From Octopus sinensis (taxonomy: Eukaryota), in NCBI RefSeq assembly GCF_006345805.1, contig NC_043000.1:84630001-84694000 (forward strand): a stretch of DNA of 64,000 nt. Direction: 5' to 3'. Shown in pieces: positions 57,691-64,000 of the stretch. The notes under the pieces were generated by a model. It was not told the DNA's origin and did no database searches. It worked only from the letters and a program-made list of their open reading frames with translations. The position numbers and the translations under genes were made by a program. Position 1 is the stretch's first letter; every line of letters begins with the position of its first letter.

Positions 57691-58012
57691 CATTTCTGAC
57701 ATGTGCGTTCTGTTCAGCAATCAACGCCATAAGCTTCACATATCACTTTGTGAGTCTCAGTAGCTTTCTTGCCTCTACGGAAATACAAAAATGTAAAATA
57801 TGGCGAAAATGTTCGTTTTTGCACTCCATGTTAAAATTGACACTGAATTAAAAACTGTAAACAAAATTACGCACAATTGGCTTCTAAAGTAAGCTAAAAG
57901 TAATGGCTATCAAATGTCAAAAGGAAAAAAATCATAACATTGACAAAAGTCATTCAAAAATCGTAATTCTATTTATTTGCGAAAAACGAAATTACTTTCT
58001 TGCCAACCCAAT
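57690..58012 (-). mobile_element. Mariner 5' fragment (TIR + transposase N-terminal HTH)
   Basis: Minus strand tattgggttggcaagaaagt TIR, then MECKNEHFRHIL / FRRGKKATETHKVICEAYG..TERTCQKW. Confidence 0.85.
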
Positions 58013-58350
58013 ATATTTATATATGTATACACACACACACGCACACACACACACACACAATATGTTTACGAGACTAATTTTGACAGTGACCAAGTTTCGG
58101 CTTGGTTACCATCTTCCGATTGATACTGGAACAAGCTAAAATTTCGAAGGACTGCCAAACTTCACGTCTTAAAATTATCAGATACTCTACGAAAAAGTAT
58201 TTAGGAATCCCTCAGCAAGCAATATATATAAACATTTGCTTGTTTTACGTGAACTTATATATACATACATATATACATACACACACCACATATATATATA
58301 TATGTATATATGTGTAATATTATATATATAATATATATATCTATATATAT

Positions 58351-58394
<44 letters not shown>

Positions 58395-58435
58395 AAATAT
58401 ATATATAATTATATATAATATTATATTATATATAT

Positions 58436-58487
<52 letters not shown>

Positions 58488-58499
58488 ATATAATAATAT

Positions 58500-59915
58500 A
58501 TAAATATATATGTATACAAATTTGTACAGCATGCATATATGAGCACAGGACACCACGGAACGTAAACAACATAAAATAAACATATATATGCAAGTACATA
58601 CATATATTTGTATGTACTTGCATATTTGGGCACAGGACAGTACAGAACGCAAACAACATAAAATAAACATAAAATACGAAAACAACATGAAATGCAAAAT
58701 ACGAAAACATGGGATACGGACTTTTATAGCGAACAACGAAAACAAGACAAGCAACACGAAAAAACGACCCTTCATCAGTTGTTGGCTATTTTTGGATTTC
58801 ATATTTCGAGTATTTTACAAGTTACGTCTTCGACATAACAGTTCCTTCCGCAAAGGAAATTAAAGAAAATTTGGGATTTTGCGGAGGGTCAAAGTCGATA
58901 ACAAAAACAAGACAGGGAAAACAGACAGGAAGGGCTGCTAAGCCTACGCAAGTTGAGTTGGTGAACGCCGAGGAACAAGCACTGACAGGAGACAGACAAG
59001 AATGCGTCCAATCTCCGTGGCTGATCAAAGAGAAAGAATGAAATTCAAGTTAGTAAAAGAGAGATGACCGACAGTCACGTGCGAGCAATGAGAGAGCCAA
59101 GGCGGAAGGGTAAGGGGGAGGGAGAGGGACAGACAGAGAACGGCGAAGGGGAGGGAAAGGAAAGGAAAGGATAAGAGAGGAAAACGAAAGGGAGAGAAGA
59201 GGAGATAAAGAGAATACAGAAAGGAAGAGAGAGGAAACGAAAGAGGGAAGGAAAAGAGACTGAAAGAGATAGGAAAAGAAAGGAGATGAAAAGAGATAGA
59301 AAGAAAGAGGAAGTGTCGCATTAAATATTATTAAGATAAAACTTACTTGGAAATAGATGCGTGACGTTCAATCATATAATAATATAAATAATATATAAAT
59401 ATACATGCATACATACACATATATATGTGTACATATATATATTTGTATATATATGTATATATGGGTACAGGGCACCACGGAACGTAAACAACATAAAATG
59501 AACATAACATACGAAAACAACATGAAATACAAAATACGAAACAAACGGAAAACAAGACAAGCAACCCGAAATGTGTATGTATGCATATATGTTTATATAT
59601 TATTTATATTATTATGTGATTGAACGCCACGCATTCATTTTCAAATAAGTATTATCTTAATAATATTGATGCGACACTTCTTACCTCTTTCTGTCTCTTT
59701 TCCTCCCCTTTTTCATTTCACCTCCCTTCCTTTCTCTATTCTCTTTATCTTCTCTTCTCTCCCTTTCGTTTTCCTCTCTGATCCTTTCTCTTCCCCTCCC
59801 CTTCGCCGTTCTCTGTCTGTTCCTCTCTCTCTCCCTTACCCTTCCGCCTTTGCTCTCTCGCTGCTCGCACGTACCATCGGCCATCTTTTACTAACTTGAA
59901 TTTCTTTCTTTCTCT
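58500..59915 (-). mobile_element. Non-coding PLE-like repeat with direct and inverted segments and a reversed-order hammerhead-like motif
   Basis: ~59027-59410 inverted at ~59575-59914; ~58500-58760 repeated at ~59410-59570; CTGATGA (58772-58778, -) and GAAA (58804-58807, -); TA array on the left flank. Confidence 0.65.
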
Positions 59916-60821
59916 CCGATGGACGCCAATTTAGTCGAAAGATGTCTTATGGGCAACCATCAAAGCTGCAGCTGAGGCATTCTAACCTGCTACTATTAAG
60001 GAATTGACAGATTCCATGACTAGCAGGGTTTTGGGAGTTATACGTCGAAAAGGCGCACATGTGATTAAATAATTCATTATAATAAATGTTATAATATTAT
60101 TATGGTTTTCTGTTAAATATATTCTCAATGGATGCTTAATATTTACCATTACCCTTCTTAATTTTTTGAAAAAAAATGTATAGATTGTCTATATTCATTT
60201 AAAAGCTATTAGCGTGGATCACCCAAAAAGTGAAGAATCTGAAAGAAAAAAAGAAAGGACGTTAAACTGAATAATAAAAACATAACAATCGTGTGCAAAC
60301 CAGCTGGGGAAAGTTTTATCAGAATCGATTTACAGTAAACTGACAAATCGTAAATTTCACACTAAAGCTATTAACGTGGTTCTAGGAGTGTATATATATT
60401 TTTTATCTTTTTACTTGTTTCAGTCATTAGAGTGCTGTCATGCTGGAGCACCACCTTGAAGAATTTTTTTCAGTCGAACCCCAGCATTTTTTAAGACTGT
60501 TCTATCACTTTTCTCGAACCGTTAAATTACAGGGACTTCAAGCTGTGGTGGAGGACAAACATAGACACAAAGACACATATATATGTATAAAAATATATAT
60601 ATAGACACATACACAGACACGACGGGTTTCTTTCAGTTATCGTCTACCAAATCCACTCACAAGACTATGGTTAACCCGAGGCTATAGTACAGGGCAGTTG
60701 GCAGTTGCTCAAGGTCTCATGCAGTGGGACTGAACCCGGAAACATATGGCTGGGAAGTAAGCTTCTCACCCTACAGCCACGCCTATATATATGTATATGT
60801 ATATATATATATATGTATGTA

Positions 60822-60882
<61 letters not shown>

Positions 60883-60917
60883 AAAAAGGAGATGTGGAAC
60901 ACGAGTTGTGATATAAA

Positions 60918-61578
60918 AAAAGGGAAATGAAGAAAATGCTGACAAAATAATTTAAGTAAGGAGAGTGTATTTAATTAGGTGAAAGTTCTTTTTACCGGTT
61001 GCGAATTTGTTATGCTTATCAAAAGATATTTTGAGTGAGATAGAGTTCCTTTCTGAATGATTTTTTTCTCTTATCTGACTTTATGTTGGGTTTGCTGTCT
61101 CTTATATGTGAAAAAAGAGGCTCCAGGGTTGTTTAAGATTTGCTTGGTTTCGCACCTAAAATTTCTTGTGGACAATGGTCAGTACAATTTTGATTGGTCA
61201 TTATAACGGGGTCACGTGAATGCTTGAATGGAAGTTGGTGTTGGGGTGAGAAAATAGGCTCCAGAGATGTTAAAATCTTGGCTAGTATCGCGCCTAAAAT
61301 TTCTTATTGGTCATAATAAAGAGGTCACGTGAATGTGGTCATAATAGAGAGGTCACGTGAATGTTTAGAATGAATGTTGTTGTGGGTGGTGTATGGAGTT
61401 TTCGAAAATAGCGTTGTTGAAAATTCTTATTGTTCAGGCTGGTCAGTAGACGTCATGTGGATATTTTGAATAGCTTTTTAGCGCGTAGTTAAGGAGTGTA
61501 TTTTCCGCTTGACTGAATTTGAGCTGGAAAAGTAAGTTCGTTTAGGACAGGAAGAGCTATATGTATGTATGTGTGCGC

Positions 61579-61612
<34 letters not shown>

Positions 61613-61962
61613 ATATGTATGTTCGGGCGCGCGCGCGTGTATATATGTGTGCGTGTGTGGGTACAATTTTCAATATTTATAGTTCTGCTGGCCTTGTGCC
61701 TGTATCGGTGAAGTTTGTGCCTGTTTGTGTGAAGTCAATATTTACAGTCATTTCCCAAAAATAGTGTTGGATGTTTTGCACCCGTATCAAATTATGTGTA
61801 TGTGTGGAACCATATATTTGCGTGTGTCATGGTGTTAATATCTGGGTAAAAGTGTGTATGATAAGCATAACAAATGCGCAACCGGTAAAAAGAACTTTCA
61901 CCTAATTAAATACACTCTCCATTACTTAAATTATTTTGTCAGCATTTTCTTCATTTCCCTTT
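60918..61962. mobile_element. (TA)n-embedded element with ~100-bp inverted ends carrying a variant hammerhead-like motif
   Basis: 60918-61021 is the reverse complement of 61859-61962; motif (t)TGATAA gcat-aacaa-atgc GCAA ccgGTA aaaag. Confidence 0.65.
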
Positions 61963-62061
61963 ATATATATATATATATATAAATATATATATAATTTTTA
62001 TTGTATTTGTGTAACATTGTCCGTTTTTTTCCGTCCTTGTTTTTGTATACTTTCTCAGTTT

Positions 62062-62169
62062 TGTTCCAAAGAATCTAATGCTCTTAGCTTAGCTGGCCAG
62101 ATTCGAGCAATCTCGAGTATAACCAGCCGAAATTGCAAAGATAATCTGGAACTCGACTGAGGAAGAACA
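62062..62169 (+). ncRNA. Candidate hammerhead-like ribozyme with reversed strand order (best-preserved copy)
   Basis: gcaaTC|tcgagt ... ccagcc GAAA ttgc ... actcga CTGAGGA; five perfect helices; lies in a ~240-bp element between TA arrays. Confidence 0.55.
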
Positions 62170-62261
62170 CTCCAAATGACCGTCCTTGTTTTCTTTGTAT
62201 CGTCTATCTGGATATTTAGTTGACCCTTTTTTTGTATAATATATATATATATAATATATAT

Positions 62262-62300
<39 letters not shown>

Positions 62301-62516
62301 TTCTCTCAATCTGTCTCTCTTTCTCTGTGTCCGTGTGTGTAGTGGCTACTTTGATATGTGCGTCTTCTTTCTCTTTATACATATACCTCTCTATTACCTG
62401 ACCTGTTTCTATATTTTCACACTTGCTCCTCATTTACTTAACTATTCCTTTATCTCTTGTCTTTCTTTAATTCCTGTTAAGCCTTCCCTCGGCTGTCTCT
62501 CCCGATCTCTCTCTCC

Positions 62517-62548
<32 letters not shown>

Positions 62549-63175
62549 TCTCTCCTATCTCTCTCCCTCTTTCACTATGGCTCCCACTCTTCATATATCA
62601 TTCTTTGTCTTAATTTCAATACAATATTCCAGATTTTCTTTTTCCTACTTCCTTCCTTATTTAATAATCTCTAAGTCCCCCCATCTTCCTACTCTCCTCT
62701 CACGCTAATCTTCCGCCCTTCCATCCACCCTTTTCTCACCTTAATCTACGTTTGTCCTCATTCCACGCCTAAACTATGTAAAATCTCACACTTTTATAAA
62801 AAAAAAATCATCATCATCATCAGTCTCTTCATCATTGTGGTCGTCGTCGTCGTCGGTATCAACATTTCATAACTTCAGTATTTCTGTAATTTCTCTTCAT
62901 GTGAATAAATGATGTGTGTGTTTGCATATAACGCAGACACACACATATATACATACATTAATATATGTGCGTGTATTTATGTATGCGTATGTATGTATAT
63001 GTGTGTGTGTATTTATGTATGCCTATGTATATATCTATACACATATATATACATATACATACACACACACACAGATATATATATAATTACATATATATGT
63101 GTGTATGTATATATGGATTGATACAGATAGATAGATAGATAGATAGATATATAGATAGGTAGGTAGGTAGGTAGG

Positions 63176-63214
<39 letters not shown>

Positions 63215-63783
63215 GTAGGTAGGTAGGTAGGTAGGTAGGTAGGTAGGTAGGTAGGTAGGTAGGTAGGTAGGTTGATAGGTAGGTCGGTATATAGATAGAT
63301 AGATACATACATACATACATATATACATACATACATACATACATACATACATACACACACACACATACATACATACATACATACATACATACACACATAC
63401 ATACATACATAAATAGATAGATAGATAGATATTTTTATCATTATAAATATCTATACATATTCGCACAAGTATGCACACGTTCAAATATAAAACTATTGTG
63501 CGGTTATAAATGAATGGTATGCATATACGCATGCATAAACCCCCACATATATACCGATTCCAAAATACACATCCCTATACACGCCTGTGGCAATTCTTAA
63601 CTCAACCTCATTTCCCCTCACCGCATTCTTACAGCTATACACCCCCACCCACTCACGAAGGATATCATTTCTGCCTCAAATACTCTTCCGTTTAATCCTA
63701 TCCTAATTTTATTCAGTTTATTGTCAATACATAACATGTTTTCCGTGCCATCTGTAACACCCGCTAGAAATAGCAGCCAACAG

Positions 63784-63820
<37 letters not shown>

Positions 63821-64000
63821 CCTCACACACACACACACAAATCCCATATTATCAGCCTACAAAGAAAAGGAAGCATAATTTAGATAATGCAAACCAAAGA
63901 GTATCGTGTTTGAAAAGAATATACGCTGAGTACGGGTATCTTTGGACATTGGCCTACTCGGTTAAATTTCATCTAGGACTAAGCAACCGTAACAATATTT

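Noticed and set aside
57403-57720. Host PIF1 helicase gene
   Set aside because: Fragmentary, frameshifted and followed by a Helitron hairpin/CTAG terminus

Overview
Eukaryotic, AT-rich, microsatellite-saturated non-coding DNA (intergenic or deep intronic). The tRNA-derived SINE families resemble those of Octopus/coleoid cephalopods; this is inference from recognition, not a search. No host protein-coding gene can be supported, and almost all ORF-track entries are simple-repeat artefacts. The main feature is a ~9.7 kb Penelope-like retroelement (31361-41062, minus strand) with an RT + C-terminal GIY-YIG ORF, ~3 kb pseudo-LTRs in direct and inverted arrangement, and three copies of a minimal type I hammerhead ribozyme. 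Several short (TA)n-embedded elements also carry hammerhead-like motifs: U3-A8 core variants (7.9 kb, 61 kb), a long-loop-II form (9.5 kb) and, most unusually, four loci (15.8, 48.5, 58.8, 62.1 kb) where the hammerhead core strands occur in reversed order (UH, GAAA, CUGANGA) with supporting helices. Also present: mariner/maT relics, Helitron ends, MITEs (one carrying telomeric repeats with a 6-bp TSD), LINE remnants, SINE chains and a 100-N gap. All RNA structures were read by eye and are untested.
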